A DNA stretch of 64,000 nucleotides from a phage. A program made the position numbers and the translations under genes. Shown here in pieces: positions 54,037 to 64,000 of the stretch. Each line of letters starts with the position of its first letter. Within the stretch, counting starts at the first letter, position 1. The DNA lies in the NCBI GenBank assembly GCA_021469345.1, contig GCA_021469345.1_3049.1; one strand, given 5' to 3'. The notes under the pieces are model-generated. The model did not search any database, was not told where the DNA came from, and was given only the letters and a program-made list of their open reading frames with translations.

Positions 54037-54434
54037 TGGCAAATATTAATAAGCTTTATTCTGATATTGACCCGGAAATGAAAATGGATTGGAACAAAGA
54101 TGTTTCCAGATCACTTGGATTAAGGTCAATTAAAAACAGTCTTTTGGGAATTATTACAACAAGAAAAGGTTCAAGACCGTTTGACCCTGAATTTGGATGT
54201 GATTTATCAGACCAGCTTTTTGAAAATATGACTCCTCTTACTGCTGACACAGTTGAGCGCAATATTGAAAGCGCAGTAAGAAACTATGAACCACGTATTG
54301 ATAAATTATCAGTTAATGTGATACCAGTTTATGATGATTATACTCTGATAGTAGAAATACGCTTTTCGGTCATCGATAACCCTGATGATATTGAGCAGAT
54401 AAAACTGCAGCTGGCTTCCAGTAATAGAGTATAA
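54036..54434 (+). CDS. 25: gp25 baseplate wedge / sheath initiator
   Basis: 132 aa; ATGA overlap with gene 26. Confidence 0.85.
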   Translation: MANINKLYSDIDPEMKMDWNKDVSRSLGLRSIKNSLLGIITTRKGSRPFDPEFGCDLSDQLFENMTPLTADTVERNIESAVRNYEPRIDKLSVNVIPVYDDYTLIVEIRFSVIDNPDDIEQIKLQLASSNRV

Positions 54435-54460
54435 TGCTTCACGTTAAAACGTGGTATAAT
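54432..54460 (+). promoter_or_regulatory. MotA-dependent middle promoter for uvsY (MotA box AATGCTTCA + TATAAT)
   Basis: TGCTT at 54435-54439; TATAAT at 54455-54460. Confidence 0.5.
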
Positions 54461-54500
54461 GAATCTAAGTCCATCCAATAACAATTGAATAGAGAACAAT

Positions 54501-54914
54501 ATGAAATTAGAAGATCTTCAAGAAGAATTGAAGAAAGATGTGTTTATAGATTCGACTAAATTACAGTATGAAGCAGCTAATAATGTGATGTTATATAGTA
54601 AATGGCTTAATAAGCATTCAAGTATTAAAAAGGAAATGCTTAGAATTGACGCACAGAAAAAAGTTGCTCTTAAAGCTAGATTAGACTACTACTCGGGACG
54701 AGGAGATGGTGATGAATTTAGTATGGATCGTTACGAGAAATCAGAAATGAAGACAGTTCTATCAGCTGATAAGGATGTTTTAAAGGTTGATACCTCGTTA
54801 CAGTATTGGGGGATTTTATTAGATTTCTGTAGCGGAGCTCTTGATGCTATCAAATCACGAGGATTTGCTATTAAGCATATTCAAGACATGCGAGCATTTG
54901 AGGCTGGAAAATAA
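54501..54914 (+). CDS. uvsY: UvsY recombination mediator
   Basis: 137 aa; length and position match T4 UvsY. Confidence 0.9.
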   Translation: MKLEDLQEELKKDVFIDSTKLQYEAANNVMLYSKWLNKHSSIKKEMLRIDAQKKVALKARLDYYSGRGDGDEFSMDRYEKSEMKTVLSADKDVLKVDTSLQYWGILLDFCSGALDAIKSRGFAIKHIQDMRAFEAGK

Positions 54915-55138
54915 TGAGATACAGCATTGATGATGCTTTTAATTATGAAGAAGAATTTGAAACGGAAATTCAATTCTTAATTAAAAAGCATAATCTTAAG
55001 CGTCAGGATATTCGTATCCTGGCCGACCACCCGTGTGGTGAAGATGTCCTTTATATTAAAGGAAAATTTGCCGGATATCTTGATGAATATTTTTATTCTA
55101 AAGATATGGGCATTGATATGCATATGAGAGTTGTATAA
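54914..55138 (+). CDS. hypothetical protein (74 aa), uvsY.-1 position
   Basis: ORF track; ATGA overlap. Confidence 0.5.
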   Translation: MRYSIDDAFNYEEEFETEIQFLIKKHNLKRQDIRILADHPCGEDVLYIKGKFAGYLDEYFYSKDMGIDMHMRVV

Positions 55139-55169
55139 ATAAGATATATATAATTCAGAGGAGACAATC

Positions 55170-55337
55170 ATGTCAGATAAGATTTGTGTTGTCTGTAAAA
55201 CTCCAATCGATTCTGCATTGGTTGTTGAAACAGACAAAGGTCCTGTACATCCTGGGCCTTGTTATAATTACATTAAAGAACTACCAGTTTCAGAAAGTTC
55301 GGAAGAACAATTAAATGAAACACAACTTTTGCTATAG
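55170..55337 (+). CDS. small zinc-ribbon-like ORF (55 aa), uvsY.-2 position
   Basis: Manual translation MSDKICVVCKTPIDS...PGPCYNY; SD GAGGAGA. Confidence 0.35.
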   Translation: MSDKICVVCKTPIDSALVVETDKGPVHPGPCYNYIKELPVSESSEEQLNETQLLL

Positions 55338-55360
55338 TGTGACCTTTAGTCTATAGTTTT

Positions 55361-55390
55361 GGCCCTTCCTTTTTGGTTGGGCCTTTTTTA
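55361..55390 (+). terminator. terminator-like hairpin + T-run
   Basis: GGCCC...GGGCC stem followed by T6. Confidence 0.45.
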
Positions 55391-55392
55391 AT

Positions 55393-55635
55393 TTAAAAGC
55401 TTTCTTCTACTTCATCGTCTGAATCTTCTAATTCAGCTCTTTTTCCTGCCAAAGCATCTCTGACTGAGATGTCATCAGTATCTTTTAATTCAGTTTCTTT
55501 GACTCTTTTCTTATAATAAGCTTCAAGTTCTTCTAAACCTTCTAATGTTTGACAAGAGGCAATTTTACCCATAAATTCATCAATAGAAGCTTCATAAAGA
55601 AATTGTTTAAATTTTAGTAACATCTTTTTCTCCAA
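55393..55635 (-). CDS. small acidic protein (80 aa), uvsW.1 position
   Basis: ORF track; directly downstream of uvsW. Confidence 0.55.
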   Translation of the reverse strand: MEKKMLLKFKQFLYEASIDEFMGKIASCQTLEGLEELEAYYKKRVKETELKDTDDISVRDALAGKRAELEDSDDEVEESF

Positions 55636-55648
55636 AGGGCCGAAGCCC

Positions 55649-57160
55649 TTATAAATTAACTGTTTTCATTACGTAATTAAATTTTTCATCTGCGTAGCGC
55701 TGAATACGATCAATGCCGTGTTTTAAAAGATAGTTCAAATGAACATATTTCTTTTTCGTATTAGCAGATTTTGGTTTAACGCCACAATCATCTATGAGGT
55801 CCCAGACTGTTGCGATTGTTTTAGAACCATGCTTACGTAATACACGACCGATTGTTTGTAATACAATGATTTTTGATTTAACGCCGTGCGCTAAAACAAC
55901 ATGATGCAGATTTTTAACTGAAATACCAGTAGAAAATACACCATAACTCGCTACTATAATTATTCCTTTACCATTTTCAGCTAAGGTTTTCATTACGTTG
56001 CGTGTTTCAGTATCAACTTCCCCTGATACGTAATAAACTTTATCGTATTCATTTTTAATTAAATCGAAAATAGCTTTACCATGCGATACATGTTTAAACA
56101 TGACAAAAGCGTTTTCATCTTTTTGCGCAAGCTTAATAGCTAATTTAGCGATCCATTTATTTCTTTTACTAAGCCCAGTAATAATTTTTATTTCTTCTTG
56201 ATAAGTTTTTCCCTTTAATTTAGTAGTGAACTCATCGGGATAGCGAAGAAAAATACTATTAATTTTTAGCTCAGTTACTTGTCCATCTTCCATTAATTTA
56301 GAAGTCGTTACTGGCTTAAATATTTCACCAAACATTCCAACATACTGCATGATATTGGCTTTGCCATCACGTAATGAACCAGACAAACCGAATTTGAACA
56401 TGCAGTTATTTAAACCTGATATGATAGATGAAATACTTTTTCCTGTAGCAAGATGGCATTCATCATTCATCATCATTCCAAATTGGGAGAACCATTCTTT
56501 CGGTTGTTTTACTACAGTTTGCCATGTACCAACAACGACTGGTGCATCATTTTTATATTTATCATCTTTTGATGCTCCGCCACCAATTTTCTTTATCATT
56601 GCATGGCTGAATAAACGATAGTCGACGAAGTCATCAGCCATCTGAGTTGTCAGAGCAGTTGTTGGAACAATGATAAGAATTTTACCTTCATAATTTTCCA
56701 AATAATATCGCGCAAGCAAAGCTTGGATTAACGATTTACCAGCGGATGTTGGAAGATTAAGAATTCTACGACGATTAACTAATCCTTCGAACACTGCATC
56801 TTTTTGATACCAGTGCGGTTCAATTCTTTTATTTCCTGAATAGATTTCTAATTTAGAAAGCCATTCATCAAAATCTTTTCTTGATAATTCTTCTTTTTCG
56901 TTAATTTGTGGGTCAATCCAGGCTTTATAGCCAAAGTTATCACAGAACTTTTTAATTTGCCCGACTAAGCCGAATGGAAGAAGACGATTATAATCTAAAA
57001 GACGGATTCGTCCATCCCAGTGGCCATATCTGTATTTCGGATTAAAACGATACCCATCAGCTTCAAAGCTAAAGAAATCACGGAGTTCATGAAATGTACT
57101 TTCTTCACAGTCAATTCTCACGTGACTAAAATCATAAAAATGTACTTTAATGTCAGTCAT
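55649..57160 (-). CDS. uvsW: UvsW DNA/RNA helicase
   Basis: 503 aa; Walker A GKS and DECH helicase motifs. Confidence 0.9.
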   Translation of the reverse strand: MTDIKVHFYDFSHVRIDCEESTFHELRDFFSFEADGYRFNPKYRYGHWDGRIRLLDYNRLLPFGLVGQIKKFCDNFGYKAWIDPQINEKEELSRKDFDEWLSKLEIYSGNKRIEPHWYQKDAVFEGLVNRRRILNLPTSAGKSLIQALLARYYLENYEGKILIIVPTTALTTQMADDFVDYRLFSHAMIKKIGGGASKDDKYKNDAPVVVGTWQTVVKQPKEWFSQFGMMMNDECHLATGKSISSIISGLNNCMFKFGLSGSLRDGKANIMQYVGMFGEIFKPVTTSKLMEDGQVTELKINSIFLRYPDEFTTKLKGKTYQEEIKIITGLSKRNKWIAKLAIKLAQKDENAFVMFKHVSHGKAIFDLIKNEYDKVYYVSGEVDTETRNVMKTLAENGKGIIIVASYGVFSTGISVKNLHHVVLAHGVKSKIIVLQTIGRVLRKHGSKTIATVWDLIDDCGVKPKSANTKKKYVHLNYLLKHGIDRIQRYADEKFNYVMKTVNL

Positions 57161-57189
57161 GTCTAAATACCATGTAATAAATATATCTA

Positions 57190-57197
57190 TATTTATA
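57190..57197 (-). promoter_or_regulatory. late promoter TATAAATA for uvsW
   Basis: Exact TATAAATA on the - strand about 30 nt upstream of the uvsW start. Confidence 0.5.
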
Positions 57198-57210
57198 CTG
57201 AGGAAATATT

Positions 57211-57891
57211 ATGATAGATAAAGATTATATTGCAGAGCTGAAGGCTCTTGATGATAACAAAGAAGCTAAAGCTAAATTAGCTGAATACGCTGAACAGTTT
57301 GGTATAAAGGTCAAAAAGAATAAATCTTTTGATAATATCGTTGCTGATATTGAAGAAGCCCTCCAGAAGCTCGCTAGTGAACCTATGCCAGAGACTGATG
57401 GGTTATCTATTAAAGACTTAATTAATGCTGCTGATGCTGCAGAGGGGTTAAAATATGACGATGAAGAAGTCAATCCAGAAGCAGCACTTCTGATTGATTC
57501 TCCGGTTAAATCTGACATTAAAATTGAAGTAGTAGAAACGGATAAAATTCCTGAAAATACCGATGTTTTGATTGAAGATACTCCTTTTGTTGAAGAAAAA
57601 TTTGAACAGGCTGTAGCTGAGATTATCGAATCTGAAAAGCCGTCTGTATTTACTCTTCCGGAAAACTTTAGCCCAAATCTTCAGCTGATTGGAAAAAATC
57701 CAGGATTCTGCACTGTTCCTTGGTGGATTTATCAATGGATAGCTGAAACTCCGGATTGGAAATCTCACCCAACTAGTTTTGAACACGCATCGGCACACCA
57801 AACTTTATTTAGCTTAATTTATTACATTAACCGCGACGGATCAGTTTTAATTCGTGAAACACGCAATTCTTCTTTCGTAACATTAAAATAA
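57211..57891 (+). CDS. inh: acidic protein (226 aa), positional equivalent of T4 Inh
   Basis: Position upstream of hoc; assignment from synteny only. Confidence 0.5.
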   Translation: MIDKDYIAELKALDDNKEAKAKLAEYAEQFGIKVKKNKSFDNIVADIEEALQKLASEPMPETDGLSIKDLINAADAAEGLKYDDEEVNPEAALLIDSPVKSDIKIEVVETDKIPENTDVLIEDTPFVEEKFEQAVAEIIESEKPSVFTLPENFSPNLQLIGKNPGFCTVPWWIYQWIAETPDWKSHPTSFEHASAHQTLFSLIYYINRDGSVLIRETRNSSFVTLK

Positions 57892-57900
57892 GGATAACTT

Positions 57901-59021
57901 ATGGCTTTTACAGTTGATATAACTCCTAAAACACCAACAGGGGTTATTGATGAAACCAAGCAGTTTACTGCTACACCCAGTGGTGAAACTGGAGGTGGAA
58001 CTATTACCTATGCTTGGAGCGTAGATAATGCTCCCCAAGAAGGATCAGCAGCAACTTTTGATTATGTATTAAAAGGACCTGCCGGTCAAAAGACCATTAA
58101 AGTAGTTGCAACAAATACACTTTCTGAAGGAGGTCCGGAAACGGCTGAAGCGACAACAACTATCACAGTTCAAAACAAGACACAAACGACTACCTTAGCC
58201 GTAACTCCTGATAGTCCTGCGGCTGGAGTGATTGGAACAGCTGTTGAATTTACTGCTGCTTTAGCTTCGCAGCCATCAGGTGCATCTGCTACGTATCAGT
58301 GGTATGTAGATGATTCACAAGTTGGTGGAGAAACTAACTCTACATTTAGCTATACTCCAACTACAAGTGGAGTAAAAAGAATTAAATGCGTAGCCCAAGT
58401 AACCGCGGCTGATTATGATGCAAAGGAAGTTACTTCTAATGAAGTATCATTAACGGTTAATAAGAAGACAATGAATCCACAGGTTACATTGACTCCTCCT
58501 TCTATTAACGTTCAGCAAGATGCTTCGGCTACATTTACCGCTAATGTTACTGATGCTCGCAAATTACTTATTCATGGAAGAAAGATTCTTCTCCTGTAGA
58601 AGGGTCAACTAACGTATATACTGTCGATACCTCATCTGTTGGAAGTCAAACTATTGAAGTGACTGCCGTCGTTACTGCAGATGACTATGATAGCAAAACT
58701 ATTACAGCAGAAGGTCAAGTTCAAGTAACCGATAAAGTTGCTCCGGAACCAGAAGGTGAACTACCTTATGTTCATCCTCTTCCACATCGTACTTCAGCTT
58801 ACATCTGGTGCGGTTGGTGGGTTATGGATGAAATCCAAAAAATGACCGAAGAAGGTAAAGATTGGAAAACTGACGATCCAGATAGTAAGTACTACTTGCA
58901 TCGTTACACTCTCCAGAAGATGATGAAAGAATATCCAGAAGTTGATGTTCAAGAATCGCGTAATGGATACATCATTCATAAAACTGCTTTAGAAACTGGT
59001 ATCATCTATACCTATCCATAA
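57901..59021 (+). pseudogene. hoc: hoc (outer capsid Ig-like protein), disrupted by a frameshift near 58558-58563
   Basis: Track ORFs 57901..58599 and 58659..59021 are in different frames; together they encode a Hoc-like protein. Confidence 0.7.
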
Positions 59022-59025
59022 TCAT

Positions 59026-59055
59026 AAGGGGCTTCGGCCCCTTTCTTCATTTTGA
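59026..59055 (+). terminator. rho-independent terminator after hoc (AGGGGC-TTCG-GCCCCT + T-rich)
   Basis: Perfect stem with tetraloop and T-rich tail. Confidence 0.6.
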
Positions 59056-59110
59056 AAGCACACAAAACACAATCAGAAAATGATGTATATAATGGCACCA
59101 ACTCGATAAC

Positions 59111-59326
59111 ATGAGATTGATTATGAGAACTGAGGTTGTGGTGTTTACTCTTCATGAGTCTGGAAAGTCATTCATTGAAATTGCTCGTGAATTAAACTTA
59201 CAGGCGAAAGAAGTGGCTGTATTATGGGCTCGAGCTATGACTGCTAAGAATAAATTTGAGACTCGAGAAAAAGTTGTCTATAGAAAAAGACATATTAATA
59301 AAAAGGTGAAAAATGGAACAGTATGA
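59111..59326 (+). CDS. hypothetical protein (71 aa), 24.3 position
   Basis: ORF track. Confidence 0.45.
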   Translation: MRLIMRTEVVVFTLHESGKSFIEIARELNLQAKEVAVLWARAMTAKNKFETREKVVYRKRHINKKVKNGTV

Positions 59327-59591
59327 TCTTTATGAAAATGAATCTTTTGCTAATCAATTACGCGAAAAAGCACTTAAAAGCAAACAGTTCAAGCTAGAGT
59401 GTTTTATTAAAGATTTTTCGGAACTTGCTAATAAAGCAGCTGAACAAGGTAAAACATATTTTAGTTATTATTGCACTGCTCGCGATAAATTGATTACTGA
59501 AGAAATTGGTGATTGGCTGAGAAAAGAAGGATTTAGCTTTAAAGTCAATAGTGATCAGCGTGATGGTGATTGGTTAGAAATTACATTTTGA
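59313..59591 (+). CDS. hypothetical protein (92 aa), 24.2 position
   Basis: ORF track. Confidence 0.5.
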   Translation: MEQYDLYENESFANQLREKALKSKQFKLECFIKDFSELANKAAEQGKTYFSYYCTARDKLITEEIGDWLRKEGFSFKVNSDQRDGDWLEITF

Positions 59592-59600
59592 GGATTAATT

Positions 59601-60605
59601 ATGTTTAAAAAGTATAGCAGTCTTGAAAATCATTACAACTCTAAATTTATTGAAAAACTTTATAGCCTGGGATTGACTGGCGGCGAATGGGTAGCTCGTG
59701 AAAAAATTCATGGAACAAACTTTTCTTTGATTATTGAGCGTGATAAAGTAACTTGCGCTAAACGTACTGGACCGATTCTTCCTGCTGAAGATTTCTTTGG
59801 GTATGAAATTATTCTAAAGAATTACGCTGATTCCATTAAAGCAGTACAAGATATTATGGAAACTTCAGCGGTTGTATCTTATCAAGTTTTTGGCGAATTC
59901 GCTGGACCTGGCATTCAGAAGAATGTTGATTATGGTGATAAAGATTTTTATGTATTTGACATTATTGTCACTACAGAAAGTGGTGATGTAACTTATGTTG
60001 ATGATTACATGATGGAATCGTTTTGTAATTCATTTGGGTTTAAAATCGCTCCACTTTTGGGTCGTGGTAAATTTGAAGATCTTATTAAACTTCCAAATGA
60101 TTTGGATTCTGTTGTTCCGTCTTATAATTTTACCGTAGATAATGCAGGTTTAATTGACGCTAACAAATGTGTTTGGAAAGCTGAAGCAAAAGGCGAAGTA
60201 TTTACCGCTGAAGGATATGTATTGAAACCTTGTTATCCTTCTTGGATGCCTAATGGCAATCGTGTAGCAATTAAATGCAAGAACTCTAAATTTAGCGAAA
60301 AGAAAAAGTCTGATAAGCCTATTAAAGCTAAAGTTGAGCTATCAGAAGCTGATAATAAATTGCTGGGAATTTTAGCTTGTTACGTTACACTGAACCGGGT
60401 AAATAACGTTATTTCTAAAATTGGCGAAATTGGTCCTAAAGATTTTGGAAAGGTGATGGGACTAACTGTTCAAGATATTTTGGAAGAAACTTCTCGTGAA
60501 GGTATTACTCTAACTCAAGCGGATAATCCTTCTTTGATTAAAAAGGAATTAGTTAAAATGGTACAAGATGTACTTCGTCCGGCTTGGATTGAATTGGTAA
60601 GTTAA
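59601..60605 (+). CDS. rnlB: RNA ligase 2
   Basis: 334 aa; nucleotidyltransferase motif KIHGTN; matches T4 Rnl2. Confidence 0.9.
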   Translation: MFKKYSSLENHYNSKFIEKLYSLGLTGGEWVAREKIHGTNFSLIIERDKVTCAKRTGPILPAEDFFGYEIILKNYADSIKAVQDIMETSAVVSYQVFGEFAGPGIQKNVDYGDKDFYVFDIIVTTESGDVTYVDDYMMESFCNSFGFKIAPLLGRGKFEDLIKLPNDLDSVVPSYNFTVDNAGLIDANKCVWKAEAKGEVFTAEGYVLKPCYPSWMPNGNRVAIKCKNSKFSEKKKSDKPIKAKVELSEADNKLLGILACYVTLNRVNNVISKIGEIGPKDFGKVMGLTVQDILEETSREGITLTQADNPSLIKKELVKMVQDVLRPAWIELVS

Positions 60606-60608
60606 ATA

Positions 60609-60634
60609 AAAAGGGACCGAAAGGTCCCTTTGTT
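60609..60634. terminator. bidirectional terminator (AGGGACC-GAAA-GGTCCCT) between rnlB and gene 24
   Basis: Perfect stem flanked by A-run and T-run. Confidence 0.65.
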
Positions 60635-61918
60635 TTATTTATCAACAATAATTTTTGGTAGCTTAACACCTAATAAAACAGACAAATCTGAACGACCCGC
60701 CATTTTATCCATGTCTCCACCATCAATTACTCTTGCTTCTTTTTCATCTTTTGCTACGGTATAAGGATTTGCCGATAAAGCATATCTAACTAATAAACTG
60801 ATAGACGGTTGTAAGCTTTCTGGGTCAACAACAACTTTAAATGCACCTACATGTTCAGGGTCATCTAAGTCGAGACCTTCTGTATACGGAGCATAGAAAA
60901 TTGATCCAACAATTTCTTTTTCACCGATATTTTCTACTACGCCAACGATTACATAATCTAATGGGCTGTTAGTATCGCAATAAAGCGGTAAACCATTAGC
61001 TAATAACCCGTAGGCATTTTGTGAAAGATATTTGTCATCTTCTGGTTTATGTTTTAACCAACCTGATGCAGCAAGAATCGCAGCAGCACGAGCTGAAGCT
61101 ACACAAAATGTTGCTGTATAAGTTGATTCTTTTTGGATATGCGAAACCATTTCACACACCATTCGGTATAATGAACGACCAGCTTCAGGTGCAGATGCAT
61201 AACTCAAATCAATGAATCCAGTATCAGTAATTCCTGTAACTTTATAACGTTTTGATACTGTAATCAAAGACTGCAGAATATCTTTATTGATTTCATCTGC
61301 CATTTCAGTTGCAAGCAAATCTTCTAGGAAATTAGGAGCGTCGAATCCGTTTGCTTCTAAATCTTGAGCCAATTCAACTGTGATGCCAGTTTTAAGTTTA
61401 CGAGATTTAACGGCGGTTTGCCATTTATTAATCTGGAATCTAGCATCTGCAATTTCGCTATCAGAGCTTTCAAATTTGCTTGTTGATGCTGCATCAGAAA
61501 ATAGACGAACCTTTAAAAGAACAATTGCAATCTGAAGAGCTAATTCTAGATCGCTTTCTTCAATATCAGCAAACGGTGTATCTTCTAATACTTTATAAAC
61601 GATATTATTATATTTGAATAAATCGCCTTTATTGAGAGTTAATTTAGACTCTTCTGTTAATTCTGTGATTTGTTCTCGGTCTACATATCCGGCTTCGCCA
61701 GCGTAAGTAGCACCAGTTTTAAATGTAAATTCATTGTCTGGGTTAAGGTATTTGATACCATAAAAAGCAGCAACAGGTTGATTAGTTCTTTGCGTTGCTA
61801 CAATGTCAGAATATATTAATTTAGTGGTAGCGCGAGTCAAAGCAACGAGATTTGGGCGACCGATTGAGTTGCTGTTCGTTGTGGTTGATTCGCGCAGAAG
61901 TTCGTTGATTTTAGCCAT
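60635..61918 (-). CDS. 24: gp24 head vertex protein
   Basis: 427 aa; paralogous fold to gp23; synteny. Confidence 0.9.
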   Translation of the reverse strand: MAKINELLRESTTTNSNSIGRPNLVALTRATTKLIYSDIVATQRTNQPVAAFYGIKYLNPDNEFTFKTGATYAGEAGYVDREQITELTEESKLTLNKGDLFKYNNIVYKVLEDTPFADIEESDLELALQIAIVLLKVRLFSDAASTSKFESSDSEIADARFQINKWQTAVKSRKLKTGITVELAQDLEANGFDAPNFLEDLLATEMADEINKDILQSLITVSKRYKVTGITDTGFIDLSYASAPEAGRSLYRMVCEMVSHIQKESTYTATFCVASARAAAILAASGWLKHKPEDDKYLSQNAYGLLANGLPLYCDTNSPLDYVIVGVVENIGEKEIVGSIFYAPYTEGLDLDDPEHVGAFKVVVDPESLQPSISLLVRYALSANPYTVAKDEKEARVIDGGDMDKMAGRSDLSVLLGVKLPKIIVDK

Positions 61919-61945
61919 TGCGCTTTCCTTTTGGTTTATATGATT

Positions 61946-61953
61946 TATTTATA
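61946..61953 (-). promoter_or_regulatory. late promoter TATAAATA for gene 24
   Basis: Exact TATAAATA on the - strand about 28 nt upstream of the gene 24 start. Confidence 0.6.
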
Positions 61954-61961
61954 CCATAAAA

Positions 61962-61990
61962 ACAACTAAAGGGACCCGAAGGTCCCTTAA
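61962..61990 (-). terminator. terminator after gene 23 (GC stem + T-rich on the - strand)
   Basis: AGGGACC-TTCG-GGTCCCT followed by a T-rich tract on the - strand. Confidence 0.55.
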
Positions 61991-62001
61991 ATCGTCAAAG
62001 A

Positions 62002-63567
62002 TTAGATACCTTTAACATATACACGGCGGAAGTAAGCGTTTTTACCAAGGCTATTCAGAATAGAAGGCATACCGCTCTGGATGCGAGAAGCCGGAGCCTG
62101 AGCAGCGGATTCTGCAAATGGGTTGATACCGATACCGTAACGAGTTTTGAATCCCATTACCGGTTGGAAGTTCTTCGGATCGGAACCACGCAGCGGAGTC
62201 AGAGCTACATATGGAGCGTAGTAAATACCAGCATCCATTTCGTTCGGACCTTTATAACCTACAGTGAAATAATCCTGTTTAGCATACTGGTCGATATATA
62301 CACGGTATTTACCACCCAGAACACCAGCAAATACTGACTTGGTAGTATCAGTGTTAAAGCCGGTAGCCAGACCCTGTGCAGCATAAGAAATGCCGGTATC
62401 AACTGAAGCCAGAACGTTAACTACGTTACGGGAAGCGATAATGAAGTTACCTTCACCACGACCGGTCTGACGAGCAATTTCAACTGCTTCTTTGTCAATC
62501 TGGAACAACAGAGCTTTAAAGGATTCACCTGCCCAGCGAGCACCACGAATATCGATTGGGTCCTGGAAGTCAAATACACCAGCTTTAGAACCCGGAGTCA
62601 GGGTCATACCAGATTTACCAACCTGGGCTGAGTAGTTAATCCAATCAACAACTTCACGGTTGATTTCCAGCATAATTTCTGTAGCCAGAATACCAGACAG
62701 TTCAGCGTCAGCATCCATACCGTGAACAGCGCGGAGGTCTTGTGCTAATTCGATAGAGTAAGCAGCTTTCAGCTGGCGAGATTTAGCTTCGATAACTTGT
62801 TTATCGATACGGAAGCCCATTTCATTCCATGGGTTATCGGTAGAACCATTGAAACCTTCCTGAAGTTCAGCGATAGAAGTAGCCATACCTTCAGCGATTT
62901 CTACCAGTGCACCAGCTTCCATTTGTTTCTTAATTTCAGCATCTAATTTAGCTGCATCATCGGCACTTGAACTAATTGTTACTACAGCGGAAGCTTGCAG
63001 ATACACAGTACCAGTGTCCTGGAAGAAGTGAGTATAGATATCACCTACAACGGTTTGTGTGCTAGCAGCCAGAGCTGTGAATTTCTTAGCAGCACCCTGA
63101 CCAGAGAACATTGCATCTGGACCATACATTGGGTGGAATGCTTCTTTAGCACCGGAAGCGACCGGGTCTTTACCGTATACTGCGCGCAGTGCGAATACCT
63201 GGCCAGTCGGGCTGTTCATCGGCTGAACACCGCAAATATCGAAAGCAATCAGGTTAGGAATAGCACGACGTACCATACCCATAACAGCTGGGCCAATCTG
63301 AGTTACTGCGCCAGAAGTCTGACCTGCAGCGATGTTAGTAGCATTGTAACCGTGGTCACCACCGATTTCAGCTTCTGTTAAGAAAGAACCGAATGCCTGA
63401 GCAATTTTTTCGTCTTTATATTCCGGAGCTGTCTGGAAATCTTTTTCCTGGTTTTCAAAGATTTTAGCGATAATCGCTTGTTTGCTATTAGCAATTTCCG
63501 GTAAACCTTCACCTTCCAGTAATGGCTTCCATTTGTTCAAAAGTTCAGCTTTAGTTTTGATAGTCAT
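62002..63567 (-). CDS. 23: gp23 major capsid protein
   Basis: 521 aa; MTIKTKAELLNKWKPLLEGEG... matches T4 gp23. Confidence 0.95.
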   Translation of the reverse strand: MTIKTKAELLNKWKPLLEGEGLPEIANSKQAIIAKIFENQEKDFQTAPEYKDEKIAQAFGSFLTEAEIGGDHGYNATNIAAGQTSGAVTQIGPAVMGMVRRAIPNLIAFDICGVQPMNSPTGQVFALRAVYGKDPVASGAKEAFHPMYGPDAMFSGQGAAKKFTALAASTQTVVGDIYTHFFQDTGTVYLQASAVVTISSSADDAAKLDAEIKKQMEAGALVEIAEGMATSIAELQEGFNGSTDNPWNEMGFRIDKQVIEAKSRQLKAAYSIELAQDLRAVHGMDADAELSGILATEIMLEINREVVDWINYSAQVGKSGMTLTPGSKAGVFDFQDPIDIRGARWAGESFKALLFQIDKEAVEIARQTGRGEGNFIIASRNVVNVLASVDTGISYAAQGLATGFNTDTTKSVFAGVLGGKYRVYIDQYAKQDYFTVGYKGPNEMDAGIYYAPYVALTPLRGSDPKNFQPVMGFKTRYGIGINPFAESAAQAPASRIQSGMPSILNSLGKNAYFRRVYVKGI

Positions 63568-63585
63568 TTGTGTTAACCTTTAAAA

Positions 63586-64000
63586 TTAGAAACGAGATGC
63601 GACTTTCGCATATACACTTACAATATCTTCTGCACCCTGTGCAGCTTTATCTTCTACAGCTTCAGTGACGAAATTCAGTCCGGCTGCTTCAGTATCAGGA
63701 GTATTTATACTCTCAGTAATAGTGCTTTCATCTTTATTAGACTTCTTCACCATTTCTACGATGGCACTCAATTTACTTGAGAATGCATCTGAATAATCCA
63801 TACCTTCGACCAGAGCAGAGACTTTTTCTTTTTGAGACTCAGTCAGATCTTTAGTACTTTCGCTCAATGCCACTTCACGCTGCACATAATTGATATATGC
63901 GTCGCGCATGCTGAGTTCTTCGAACAGACGAGCTGATTCTTCTTTATGTTCTTGCAGCTCTTCTTCCATTTCAGCTACAATATCAACTGATTCTTCTGGA
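63586..64000 (-). CDS. 22: gp22 prohead core scaffold protein (3' part; 5' end beyond the window)
   Basis: Acidic coiled-coil sequence ending ...VSVYAKVASRF; frame stays open to the window edge. Confidence 0.8.
   Translation of the reverse strand, partial: PEESVDIVAEMEEELQEHKEESARLFEELSMRDAYINYVQREVALSESTKDLTESQKEKVSALVEGMDYSDAFSSKLSAIVEMVKKSNKDESTITESINTPDTEAAGLNFVTEAVEDKAAQGAEDIVSVYAKVASRF

Overview
This window reads as one contiguous ~64 kb stretch of a T4-like (T-even) coliphage genome. No database search was possible; every gene name is assigned from my recollection of T4 protein sequences, lengths and gene order, and all coordinates come from the ORF track plus manual reading. Layout: an early region on the + strand (ndd, stp, ac, gene 52, motA, arn, asiA); then on the - strand holin t and the long tail fibre operon 38-37-36-35-34; then a long + strand early/middle block (rnh, dsbA, 33, 59, 32, frd, td with intron and I-TevI, nrdA, nrdB with intron and I-TevIII, denA, rnlA, alc, spanins, pseT, cd, 31, rIII, the 30.x ORFs, 30, alt); then baseplate genes 54-48-29-28-27-51 on the - strand and 26-25 on the + strand, uvsY, uvsW, inh, hoc, rnlB, and head genes 24, 23 and the 3' part of 22. 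Many T4-type early promoters, several TATAAATA late promoters and GC-hairpin terminators are visible. The most notable observations are: (1) the T2-type gp38 adhesin reading frame is interrupted by an in-frame TGA; (2) hoc is broken by a frameshift; (3) a 530-aa nuclease-like ORF sits between nrdA and nrdB where T4 has mobE; (4) the nrdB intron is long and carries a full-length I-TevIII ORF; (5) a decayed copy of the alt 5' end lies directly after alt; (6) a NADAR-like ORF sits in the 30.x cluster next to a HAD-like hydrolase, DNA ligase and Alt; (7) an extra ORF separates frd from td. No tRNA, rRNA, CRISPR array or IS element was found.
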